Positions 38,590-47,589 of a DNA stretch of 64,000 nt are shown piece by piece. Where the stretch lies: contig JAHFJJ010000003.1 of assembly GCA_023245895.1 (NCBI GenBank), positions 11,343-75,342 on the forward strand. The letters are read 5' to 3'. The stretch is from Candidatus Doudnabacteria bacterium. GTDB taxonomy: Bacteria; Patescibacteriota; Doudnabacteria; UBA920. The notes under the pieces are model-generated. The model saw nothing but the letters and a program-made list of their open reading frames with translations, did no database searches and had not been told where the DNA came from. Made by a program: the position numbers and the translations under genes. How positions within the stretch are numbered: the stretch's first letter is position 1; every line of letters begins with the position of its first letter.

Positions 38590-39443
38590 TTTTTCCTCTT
38601 TGAAGAACCGCTTGTCGCGGATATGCCGGCCAGTAGCCGCATATCCCTAGCAGACAGCGGTTGTCCGGTTTGCAGTTGTTGTAAAGTTTCAGCGTCTATC
38701 CCGCAACATCGAAACAGGCGCTGTACATTGGTGATAATGCGTGTCTTGTGGGCGTCGTTTAAACTGCCCGGCTTGAGCGCGAGTTCGATAAAATTTATGG
38801 CCGCGGTAAGCATAGTAAGCAGGTTATTGACCAGTTGGTCAGGCCTGCAGTCCACACTTACGACTTGGTCGCCAGGCGCTGGCTTGCCTCTGGCTTTGAG
38901 TTTTGCGCCTTTCTTCTTTCTTTTGTGCCAGTCCTCTTCCTGCTCAAGCAGGAAGGGAAGCTCATCCCATTTGCCGGCCTGTTCCGCAACGACCACATTA
39001 AATATTCCGGCTGCGGCTTCCACGTTCACGGTACCGCCTTTTTGAATGCAGTGTCTTAATACTTTTCGGCTTTGGATGCCGGCTTTCCTGCAGGTCTTAG
39101 CCAAGCCGTGTTTTTTAACTACTTGCGCGGCGGCTTTTGCAAGGTCGGCCATGGAACCAATTTCCGGGTGTTGGCTTTGGAAAGTTCTTGTAACGGCGGC
39201 AAACACCAATCCGGGTATGCTCATCTTGGTTACGGTTTCCAACCGGTTGATGTTTATACCTAACGGTACTTCCGGCGGATTGGAAGCCAGTATTCCCTCA
39301 ATAAGGGAATCGGGAATTTTGCCCGCCCTGAGTTTTTTCCAGTCAGGGTCATTCTCTTCTATCCATGCAGAAAGCGCCGAGGCCAGTAATGCCCTAAAGA
39401 CGATTACTACTGTCGGTAATTCTGTTGTTGCTTCTCGTTTCAT
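38586..39443 (-). CDS. Hypothetical protein, translationally coupled to the GHKL gene
   Basis: ATGA overlap at 38586-38589; AAGGAGG SD. Confidence 0.7.
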   Translation of the reverse strand: MKREATTELPTVVIVFRALLASALSAWIEENDPDWKKLRAGKIPDSLIEGILASNPPEVPLGININRLETVTKMSIPGLVFAAVTRTFQSQHPEIGSMADLAKAAAQVVKKHGLAKTCRKAGIQSRKVLRHCIQKGGTVNVEAAAGIFNVVVAEQAGKWDELPFLLEQEEDWHKRKKKGAKLKARGKPAPGDQVVSVDCRPDQLVNNLLTMLTAAINFIELALKPGSLNDAHKTRIITNVQRLFRCCGIDAETLQQLQTGQPLSARDMRLLAGISATSGSSKRKK

Positions 39444-39728
39444 TAAACCTCCTTAATTCACGAAAAATCGTATTCAAAAGTGCGCCGTAAATTTTTTACG
39501 GGACTAATTACAGTAACCTAATTTGCCAACTTAGTCAAGATAAAGAGCTTTTTGGTTTGGCTTGACAAAAAGCTAAAAAATAGCTATAATTTTTGGTTAA
39601 AATAGAGTTTCTTCTTTTGGGTTAACCTTTATGAAGCCAAAAGGAGAAGCGCTGTTTTTTGAAGGTTTGAAAGATAGCGTGAGCACACCAATCCGGAAAC
39701 GGACTACATTTGACAGGAGGACACTAAC

Positions 39729-41294
39729 TTGACTACCACAGCTACAGCACCAGCTCGAAAGCCGATTGTTTTTAAGAAGTCGCTTGTGTTCAGGGAAATT
39801 GCCTTGCACCCTTGGGTGCACTTTGACGAGGCCGCCGGGGTATATTTAATCCGCAACTACGGTTCGGCTTTGTTTAGGGGTATAGCCCAGGCCGGCTTTG
39901 TTTTTTGGAAAACCGGCGACACGCCGGACGGCCGTCCGGGCGACGCCTGGCTATACGATGGCGTGGTTCCCGTAGGAACCGGCCACGGGATATTTGACGA
40001 ACATACCGAGGACGGGCGGAAGAAAGATGCTTGCGCGGCCACGCTTGTGGCTGAGTACCTCGAAATTTCTTCCATGCCTGAACTGGCAGAGCTCCTGGCT
40101 TACACGCTGGGCGCGGATAGCAAGGCTAGAGCCAACCCGTTTTCCCTGCCCACCGTCCTCAAAGACATGAATTTGTTTTTGGAGGAAGATCCCGTTTCAA
40201 TCTTATCGTGGGTCATGGAAGCGGTTACGGCTCACGTTAACCGCCGCCGGTTTGAACTCGGGCGCCAAACTTCCGCCAGGCCGTCGCTGGAAAACCCGCT
40301 TACGTTTGACTTGGTGCTGGCAGATTTTTTGTGCCAGTATCACGTCCAGTACGGGGCTCAGGCGAATTCCGTGCTGGCTCCGGCCATTCGCGAGTTTTTC
40401 GCGCTGGCTCCGGCCGGAACAAATCCGGTGGAGTGGCTTAAGACCAACTATCCCGCGTTGCAAGAGTACAAAGCCAAACAAGCTTGTGTACTCATGGCCC
40501 AGGCTTTTGGCCTTTTGGACCATCCTCACTTCCGCTACATAATACAGTACGTGGTCAATCCTTCCCTCTGCCAAAAGGGCAAACTTCCTTTTGCCGCCTC
40601 ATTTGAGTTGCCTACCTTAATTGTTGACATATTCAGCGACAACGGCGGGCAGTTGGAGCAGGCCTTGGACTGGGCTTCAGTAGCAATTGCCGCTAAGCTC
40701 TACTCTTCCAAGAGGTTTGTAGAAGCCAAGGCCGAGTACGCAGCCGGGGCAAAGTTAGAAGTACTAAAAACGTCACAAGGGGAAGTCAGCCTGGTCAGCC
40801 TGGTCAGCGACAACCCAAAGGCAATGGCGGTGTCCCATTCCGCCGCCGCCGCCAGGGCCCAACGCAACGCTGATATTTTTGTCCTGCGAAAGCCTTCCGG
40901 GCATGTTGGGGTGTTTGCGGATCCCCTGCTCGACATCCGTGATGTAGTAAAGCTGCTGCGGATGCTGGAAATACAGAAGCGTGGTCTTGAAATGCCACCT
41001 TGGGACAAGCTGGTGAAAGGGGGCGACGGGCCTGATGGAGCGTTCTTTTACTTTCCGGACGCGAACCATTTGTACAACAGTTCGCTGTCCACTCCTGACG
41101 TTCCCAGGACGCTCCTGTCTTTGGACCGGGTCCTCCACACCATTCGGTTCGCCTTGGACCAAAAAGCCTTCCCGCCCGATTTTTCCGCGGGTTGCTTGAA
41201 AGGAGTGTGTGGCTCAACAGACAACGATCCCTGCCCGATTTTCGCGGCAGGCCTGGAGCGTTGCCACCAAATCCGCGCGCGGTCCAAAAAGTAG
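39729..41294 (+). CDS. MYG1/DHH-like phosphoesterase with internal duplication
   Basis: HPWVHFDE, VGTGHGIFDEH, CAATLV resemble MYG1 motifs; TTG start with AGGAGG. Confidence 0.6.
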   Translation: MTTTATAPARKPIVFKKSLVFREIALHPWVHFDEAAGVYLIRNYGSALFRGIAQAGFVFWKTGDTPDGRPGDAWLYDGVVPVGTGHGIFDEHTEDGRKKDACAATLVAEYLEISSMPELAELLAYTLGADSKARANPFSLPTVLKDMNLFLEEDPVSILSWVMEAVTAHVNRRRFELGRQTSARPSLENPLTFDLVLADFLCQYHVQYGAQANSVLAPAIREFFALAPAGTNPVEWLKTNYPALQEYKAKQACVLMAQAFGLLDHPHFRYIIQYVVNPSLCQKGKLPFAASFELPTLIVDIFSDNGGQLEQALDWASVAIAAKLYSSKRFVEAKAEYAAGAKLEVLKTSQGEVSLVSLVSDNPKAMAVSHSAAAARAQRNADIFVLRKPSGHVGVFADPLLDIRDVVKLLRMLEIQKRGLEMPPWDKLVKGGDGPDGAFFYFPDANHLYNSSLSTPDVPRTLLSLDRVLHTIRFALDQKAFPPDFSAGCLKGVCGSTDNDPCPIFAAGLERCHQIRARSKK

Positions 41295-41397
41295 GACAAG
41301 TTTCGTTTACCACTTAGGCAGTAGGTTTTGCGTCGGCAACGCAAAACCTACTGCCTCTTTTTTTTGTAAAATAAAAAACCTCCCAGTTAGGGAGGTT

Positions 41398-43326
41398 TTA
41401 AGTGTTCAAAGTTTTTTGTTTTATTTTCTCCTCAAAGCTTTCCAGCACGTCTCCCGCTAAAACTTTTACGTTGGTTTTAAGTTTTATACCGAATTCTTCG
41501 CCTTTGCCCGCGGTTCTTGCGGCGACTTTGCTTTGCTGGAGTTCGGTTATTTCCGCGCGGCCCATTTCCACGCCTTCCCTTAGCACCATAATGTGGCTGA
41601 CTTTTTTAAGTTCGCCTTCTTCCACTTTGCCGCCGACTATCATTAAACCTTTTTCCGTGCGGAAAATTGCCAGGACTTTGGCTTTGCCAAAGGTGTGCTT
41701 TTCCAATTCCGGCGTGAACATTTTAATTACGGCAGAAGTTAAATCTTCAATCAGTTCATAAATAACTTCGTAAGAATCTATTACCACTTTTTTTTGTTTG
41801 GCCAGGTTAATGGCTTTGGAATTTATTTTGGTATGGAAGCCAATTATAGTAGCGCGGGAACTTGCGGCCAAAAGAACATCGCTCTCGTTAATTTCGCCTA
41901 CGCCTTCGTTAAGGATGGAAATTTTAACTTCATCGTTCTTTAATTTGGCAACGGATTGCTTAATGGCTTCCAAAGAGCCGGCCACGTCGGTTTTTATTAT
42001 CAGGTTCAGTGTTTTATTCTTTAAGTCGCCCACAATGGCCTGCTTGCCGGCAATTTTGTGGCTCTGGTTTTTGCGCTGGACGGTAATGGCAATTTGTTTG
42101 GCGGAGTCTAAATCTGCCGTGGTCTGCAGAATGTCGCCGGCTTGCGGGACTTCGCTAAAACCGGAAATTTGCGCCGGGGTGGAAGGCACGGCCTCTTTTA
42201 ATTTTTTACCCGTTTCATCCTCTAAGCTCCTAATTCTGCCAAAAGCCGCGCCGGCCGCAATAATATCGCCGACTTTAAGCGTGCCGTTTTGTACAATTAC
42301 GGTTGCGGTTGCCCCTTTACCCTGGGAAATTTTACTTTCAATAATGGTGCCAATGGTTTTGCCAGCCGGATTGGCGCGGAAGTTTTCTACTTCAGCCGTG
42401 AGTAGAATCATTTCCAGCAAATTGTCTATGCCCATGTTTTGTTTGGCGGAAATTTCTACGGCAATGGTTTTGCCGCCCCACTCCTCGGTTAACACGCCCT
42501 GTCCGGCCAGTTCCTGTTTGACTTTTATTACGTTGGCCTCGGGTTTGTCTATCTTATTTATAGCCACAATCATGGGCGTGTTGGTAAACTTGGCGCGATT
42601 TATAACTTCCAAAGTCTGCGGTCTTATCCCGTCATCGGCCGCAACAACAAGGATAATAAGGTCGGTTACGTTGGCGCCGCGGGCCCGCATTTCACTAAAG
42701 GCTTCGTGGCCCGGAGTGTCCAAAAAGGTAATTAACTTTCCATTTTTTTTAATCTGATAAGCACCAATGTGCTGGGTAATGCCGCCGCTTTCACCTTCGG
42801 CGACTTTGGCTTTCCTAATGGTATCGAGCAAAGTGGTTTTTCCGTGGTCAACGTGCCCCATAATGGCAACAATGGGCGGACGATATTTTAAATTTTCTTC
42901 TTTTTCGGCTTTTAAAACTTCCTGCAAAAAACCAATGCCGTATTCCGCCACTGCTGTATCAACTTCAGTCTCAACTTCAAAACCTAACTCTTGCGCCACA
43001 ATAGAAGCAGTATCAAAGTCCACCTCTTCGTTAATGCTGGCCATTACGCCGTTGTTAATTAAAACGGTTATGACTTTGGTTACGGGCAGTTTTAACAAAA
43101 CGGCAAAGTCCCTAACCTTAATGAAAGAAGGCAGTTTAACTTTTTTTATCTCCTTCGGCCCCGTTGCCTGCTTGACCGGCTGGCCGTAGGCTTCCAAAAG
43201 TTTCCGTGCCACGTAGTTGTCTACCTTGTTGGCCTTAGGCGAAATAAAATAACCCTTCTCCTTGGCTTTCAGGCGAAGGTCTTGGATGGACATATTTAAT
43301 TGTGACGACAAACTAGATAGATTCAT
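41398..43326 (-). CDS. infB: Translation initiation factor IF-2
   Basis: GHVDHGKTT, GGITQHIGAY, DTPGHEAF, NKID. Confidence 0.97.
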   Translation of the reverse strand: MNLSSLSSQLNMSIQDLRLKAKEKGYFISPKANKVDNYVARKLLEAYGQPVKQATGPKEIKKVKLPSFIKVRDFAVLLKLPVTKVITVLINNGVMASINEEVDFDTASIVAQELGFEVETEVDTAVAEYGIGFLQEVLKAEKEENLKYRPPIVAIMGHVDHGKTTLLDTIRKAKVAEGESGGITQHIGAYQIKKNGKLITFLDTPGHEAFSEMRARGANVTDLIILVVAADDGIRPQTLEVINRAKFTNTPMIVAINKIDKPEANVIKVKQELAGQGVLTEEWGGKTIAVEISAKQNMGIDNLLEMILLTAEVENFRANPAGKTIGTIIESKISQGKGATATVIVQNGTLKVGDIIAAGAAFGRIRSLEDETGKKLKEAVPSTPAQISGFSEVPQAGDILQTTADLDSAKQIAITVQRKNQSHKIAGKQAIVGDLKNKTLNLIIKTDVAGSLEAIKQSVAKLKNDEVKISILNEGVGEINESDVLLAASSRATIIGFHTKINSKAINLAKQKKVVIDSYEVIYELIEDLTSAVIKMFTPELEKHTFGKAKVLAIFRTEKGLMIVGGKVEEGELKKVSHIMVLREGVEMGRAEITELQQSKVAARTAGKGEEFGIKLKTNVKVLAGDVLESFEEKIKQKTLNT

Positions 43327-43464
43327 ATTAACCGCTGATTAGTCGCCGATAGGAATGCTGACTACACGCTGAGTGCAGCGTGCCGATCCCGTACCGTGTA
43401 CGGGACAAGTTTACCGGCGTCTAAGTATTTAACTTACTTACATTATCAGAAAATAGTAATAAAA

Positions 43465-44238
43465 TCAAGGCGTTTTTGTTTGGGAAACATGCTTTTCGTC
43501 AGGACAAAAGTCCCAGATAAATTTAAACCAAGTCCTGTAACAATCGGCCAATTCCTTATTAACTATCACTGCCAGGGTTACGTCTTCAGTTAAGCTCTTT
43601 AAGTGCAGGCCTGAAAAAGTTACTATATGGTCGCCAAAGATATCAATAGCGCCCGTAGTTGAGTATTGGGGCGGCAAAAATTTATAAGGCTTGCCTAAAG
43701 CAGGAAGAAGTTCCGCGGCTTGAGCTATTACTTCGTGGTCAAAAATATGATGGTACCTTATGCCTTTTTCCTTTGCCTGCTTTAAAAATTTTGCAATAAA
43801 AGTTGCAAGGTCTTTATCAAACCAGCCGCCCTTGGCGCCAATGAAGTAAACGTCTTTGCCGGTTTTTAAAATATCCCGCAGGTAATTTTTAAAGCCTTCT
43901 TTGCCTTTGTAAACATACACCGCCTCATGTGACGCCGTTTTTTTAAACTGTGTTTTTAGTGAGGGCAAGATTTTTTCCAGCTTGGATTGTTTCTCCCCAA
44001 TTAAGTCTTCCAGCTTATCCGGCGGCACCGCGGCGTATTTAGCTTCTTTGCTTTCCGCAATTTGGTAAATTAAACCTTTGTGCAGGATTCGGGGTATTGC
44101 ATCGTAAATATTGCGTTTATGGGCTTTGGTCTTTTCAGAAATTTGCGGGACTGAGAGTTCGCCATTGCCAAGCAAGGCCTCGTATATTTTGGCTTCGTTT
44201 AACGATAATCCTAGCTCCTGGAGAATTTCTATATGCAT
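43465..44238 (-). CDS. TrmB-family transcriptional regulator
   Basis: LGLSLNEAKIYEALL wHTH plus C-terminal domain. Confidence 0.88.
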   Translation of the reverse strand: MHIEILQELGLSLNEAKIYEALLGNGELSVPQISEKTKAHKRNIYDAIPRILHKGLIYQIAESKEAKYAAVPPDKLEDLIGEKQSKLEKILPSLKTQFKKTASHEAVYVYKGKEGFKNYLRDILKTGKDVYFIGAKGGWFDKDLATFIAKFLKQAKEKGIRYHHIFDHEVIAQAAELLPALGKPYKFLPPQYSTTGAIDIFGDHIVTFSGLHLKSLTEDVTLAVIVNKELADCYRTWFKFIWDFCPDEKHVSQTKTP

Positions 44239-44337
44239 ATAAAGTGGTGGTGTTTACCCCTCATTCAGAATTATATATCATAAGCTGTTTTAGGTAAAGA
44301 CTGCCAATTTAGACCTAAATAACCAAAGGAGGCATAA

Positions 44338-44637
44338 ATGTTCAGTTTTGGTTCTTCAATCCCTAAGCCCGGAGGCGCGGTAGCCTTTGTGGTACTCACG
44401 CTGTCCAAAGTTAATATTTACACTACTGGTGTAAAGGATGAATGTTCATGGGAGTATAAAGAGCAAGGATGGCGGTTAGTTGAGTGTTTGGTGGTTTCCA
44501 GGCTAACCCTGGAAGATGGCCGTGTGCGATTAACACTTCAGGACGAAATTTACCAGCATTTGACACTGAAGGAAAACGAAGCAATCGCCGAAGTATCTTC
44601 GTCCCACGGTTGGCATGGGGTTGTCCGTATCCAATAG
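44338..44637 (+). CDS. Hypothetical protein
   Basis: AGGAGG SD and downstream hairpin. Confidence 0.6.
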   Translation: MFSFGSSIPKPGGAVAFVVLTLSKVNIYTTGVKDECSWEYKEQGWRLVECLVVSRLTLEDGRVRLTLQDEIYQHLTLKENEAIAEVSSSHGWHGVVRIQ

Positions 44638-44767
44638 GGAGCCAAAGAAAAAGTTCTTAGTAAGTTAAAAACCGGTAAGTCGTTCAAGTTAAGGAGGCGC
44701 TTGAACAGTTACCGGTTTTATTTTTTAGCTGGTAACTATTCGCGCGAATAGTTCCTAGAGAGATTTA

Positions 44768-45610
44768 CTAAAATGTCCTATTCTTCCCCACTATCATCCT
44801 TAATCTTTGGGGGATAATTTCTACTGTGGCCGGGAATTTGGCTACGACGCGGCCGAGCATGGTTAGGGGCAGGCCCAGCGGCTCTAGGAATTCAATTTTT
44901 TTGCATTTTATAACCGTGGTGTTGGGGACTTTTTCCAGCACGCCGTCGGCAATGGCTTTTTTGTGGGCCAGCACCTGCATTTTTCCCATGCGTTCTAAAA
45001 TTAGCAAATCCAAGCTGCCGTCCGTGGGGTTGGCGATTTTTTCGCTTTGGTTGGACTTGGCGCGGATGTTGGCCACCAGCCCGCCCAGCCCGTTTATGTT
45101 TACGCTGTAGGAGTCGTCTATCCTAATAGAGAAAGCTTTGGCTTCGGAAGAGAGCAGTTTTAAGCTTTGCCACAGGCCCGCCTCTTTAAGCCTGTGGGAC
45201 ATAACGCCGAATTCCAGGAAGCTGATAAAGTAGTTGTCGGCAATTTTTGCCAGGTCTATTTTTTCCACTCGCCTGCCTGCCACGGTTTTTACGCCGGCAA
45301 AAACATTTTCAATGCCTAAAATTTTTGCCAGGACGGAATTTTCGTCAAAAGGAATGAAGCCCAAAGTAAAATCCCGGCCCTTTAAAGCCGCGAGCATTTG
45401 GTTAAAGGTGTCGTCGTTGCCGCAGGCCACTAAAGTTTTGGCGCCGCGCTGGCTGGCCATGTCAACCAGTTCCTGCACGCCCCTTAAGGGGGTGACGCGC
45501 GAAATTTCGCCGGCCACTTTAAATTCGGCCAGCAGGCCCGAAAGTTCGGTCTGCAGCTTTTCAAACTTATCCACGGCCAGGGAGTTTTGGTCTACGATAT
45601 AATAGTGCAA
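44768..45610 (-). CDS. Diacylglycerol kinase family protein (degenerate GGDG motif)
   Basis: ACGNDDT, LGFIP, DGSLDL. Confidence 0.8.
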   Translation of the reverse strand: MHYYIVDQNSLAVDKFEKLQTELSGLLAEFKVAGEISRVTPLRGVQELVDMASQRGAKTLVACGNDDTFNQMLAALKGRDFTLGFIPFDENSVLAKILGIENVFAGVKTVAGRRVEKIDLAKIADNYFISFLEFGVMSHRLKEAGLWQSLKLLSSEAKAFSIRIDDSYSVNINGLGGLVANIRAKSNQSEKIANPTDGSLDLLILERMGKMQVLAHKKAIADGVLEKVPNTTVIKCKKIEFLEPLGLPLTMLGRVVAKFPATVEIIPQRLRMIVGKNRTF

Positions 45611-45716
45611 TTGGGGTAATTGACAACTAATAATTAATAACCCATAACCGATGCAAATATAACTGATGTGGTTGTTTTGTTATCAGTTATAAATTATCAA
45701 TTATGAGTTAGTCTTT

Positions 45717-46109
45717 CTATTCCGGTTCTACTTCCGTCGCGGCTTTCTTGCCATTGCCGTTGCTTGCGCCCATTACGCATTTGCCGGAAAATTGGGCGCC
45801 GTCTTCCACCCTTAAGACGCTGCAGGTAATGTCGCCCAAAATTTTTGCCGTGCCCTGGAGTACCAAATGGCCGGAAATTTTTAAATTGCCCTGGACTTCA
45901 CCGCCGACCATGGCGTTGCCGGCCATTACGTCGGCCATTATTTTGGCGCCGGGAATGACAAACACGCTCTGGCTGGTTTTAACCTTACCGGTTACCTGGC
46001 CTTCAATTTTTATGTTACCTTCGCTGTTTAAATCCCCCTGGATTTTAACGCTGGGCCCGACTACAGTTTCGGCCTGGGCGTTTAAGTCGTTGTCTAAAAG
46101 TTTGTCCAT
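45717..46109 (-). CDS. Bactofilin (polymer-forming cytoskeletal protein)
   Basis: ETVVGPSVKIQGDL beta-helix repeats, GAQFSGKCVM. Confidence 0.92.
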   Translation of the reverse strand: MDKLLDNDLNAQAETVVGPSVKIQGDLNSEGNIKIEGQVTGKVKTSQSVFVIPGAKIMADVMAGNAMVGGEVQGNLKISGHLVLQGTAKILGDITCSVLRVEDGAQFSGKCVMGASNGNGKKAATEVEPE

Positions 46110-46466
46110 ACCTAGTATATCAACTTTCAATTCCAAACGCCTTTTGGCGAATGGGATTTGTTAATGGTAGTTATCAAATAAGTTTTATATTTTATTCCGG
46201 CTGTTGAGGCGTTTGGCAACCCAGCCCTTTTTATAGCGGCGTAATTTTTAAATAAATAATTTATGGAATTTTACCGAATATAGTTTTGATAAAAACTGGG
46301 GCTGGGTATTGAAAGTTGTATTACTAGGCATAAATGTTAGGTTGTCTGATAGTATTAGCTATCTTAGTTGGTAAAATTGTAAAATTTTTAATAAATGCCT
46401 GTTCTATAAGAACCAAGATCACAAGCACCAAGAACCAAAGAAATTCCAAGTTTAAAATTTAAATAT

Positions 46467-47012
46467 TCAAATCTTGGATCTTTTTTGGTTCTTGATTCTT
46501 GGTTCTTGACTCTTTTCATTAGTCATGTCCTGCAGCGTGTCCAAGAATCTGTCGTGCGCGATTTCCACGGCCTTTACTTCTTCTTCCGTAAGCTGGTTTT
46601 CAGATTTTCCGCCGTCAATCTTTTTTGTGTAAATCCGGTTTTGCTGGCGCCCATGCATACTGGTTAATATCAGCCCGTTGTTATGTTGGTCAAGCAGGGC
46701 CAGGGTAAAACTAAAATTTCCGCCGCCGTCATCAAATGGGTTAAAGCGCACCAGTCCGACTTTTTGCACGGCAAAACCAAATTGGTGCCTTAAATCGGAC
46801 AGTTCTTTTTCCAAAATTTCCTGCTGGCCGCGTCCGCTTTTCAGTTCTTGCTCCAGGCGCATTATTACGCTTTCCAAATCCAGCGCTCGGGAGCCGGCAA
46901 AAAATACGCTTCTTAATTTGTTCAATGAGCTTATTTGCCAGAGGCAATACCCCCCTGCCAAAAGGGCTAAAAGACTTAAAATTAGGCTGGCTGTGTTAAA
47001 TTGGGAGTTCAT
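46467..47012 (-). CDS. DUF4446 family protein
   Basis: VGLVRFNPF, GGNFSF, G..LTS, RIYTK. Confidence 0.88.
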   Translation of the reverse strand: MNSQFNTASLILSLLALLAGGYCLWQISSLNKLRSVFFAGSRALDLESVIMRLEQELKSGRGQQEILEKELSDLRHQFGFAVQKVGLVRFNPFDDGGGNFSFTLALLDQHNNGLILTSMHGRQQNRIYTKKIDGGKSENQLTEEEVKAVEIAHDRFLDTLQDMTNEKSQEPRIKNQKRSKI

Positions 47013-47195
47013 GGCTAGACCATTGTAGCATTAGTTAGAGGTTGCTTTCAAATCATAAAAAATGCTATAGTTTTAGTATAAAGTTGTTGGTTGTGGCGGC
47101 CAGTATGGTTGTAAGGCAAAAGTAATAAGTAACTTACAACTACTTACCAATAACTACCCCGGCCGCCAAAACTAATAACCATAACTATTAATTTT

Positions 47196-47405
47196 ATGTC
47201 CAAAAAGCACAAAAAACCAATTTATATAACCGGCCATCCGGGTGCCACTCTTTCCCACGAAACGGAATATAGAGTAATAAAAATGGATTTGGTTAAGGTG
47301 GTGATTTTAAATGCCTTTTATTTGGCGACCATTTTAACCCTCTATTATTACAACAAACAGTCGCACTTCTTGGATAACTGGTTTGCTAAGGTACTGCATT
47401 TTTAG
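47196..47405 (+). CDS. Small membrane protein
   Basis: ORF with one TM. Confidence 0.6.
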   Translation: MSKKHKKPIYITGHPGATLSHETEYRVIKMDLVKVVILNAFYLATILTLYYYNKQSHFLDNWFAKVLHF

Positions 47406-47427
47406 GCCGATGATCTAACTTGAACCT

Positions 47428-47480
47428 GTAGCGTGCCGATTTATCGGTGACTTAAGGACGCCCATAAATGGGCACGCTAC
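47428..47480. repeat. GTAG-type REP doublet, family D (inverted copy)
   Basis: Reverse complement of 4902-4954. Confidence 0.9.
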
Positions 47481-47589
47481 GCAGATGCCCTTCCCATAAG
47501 GAAGGGTTTTGTCATATATGGTATAAAATTCTCTAAATTGTTGACCAAAAGCTGTTTATTTGTTAAAATTAATAAACAATATACCATGT

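Noticed and set aside
33726..41294. Prophage or integrative element
   Set aside because: No integrase, structural, replication or conjugation genes, and no flanking direct repeats seen.
41798..42757. Long antisense ORFs (319 aa opposite infB; also opposite gyrA, rpsA, hss and others)
   Set aside because: Shadow ORFs on the reverse frame of conserved genes, with no protein-like motifs.
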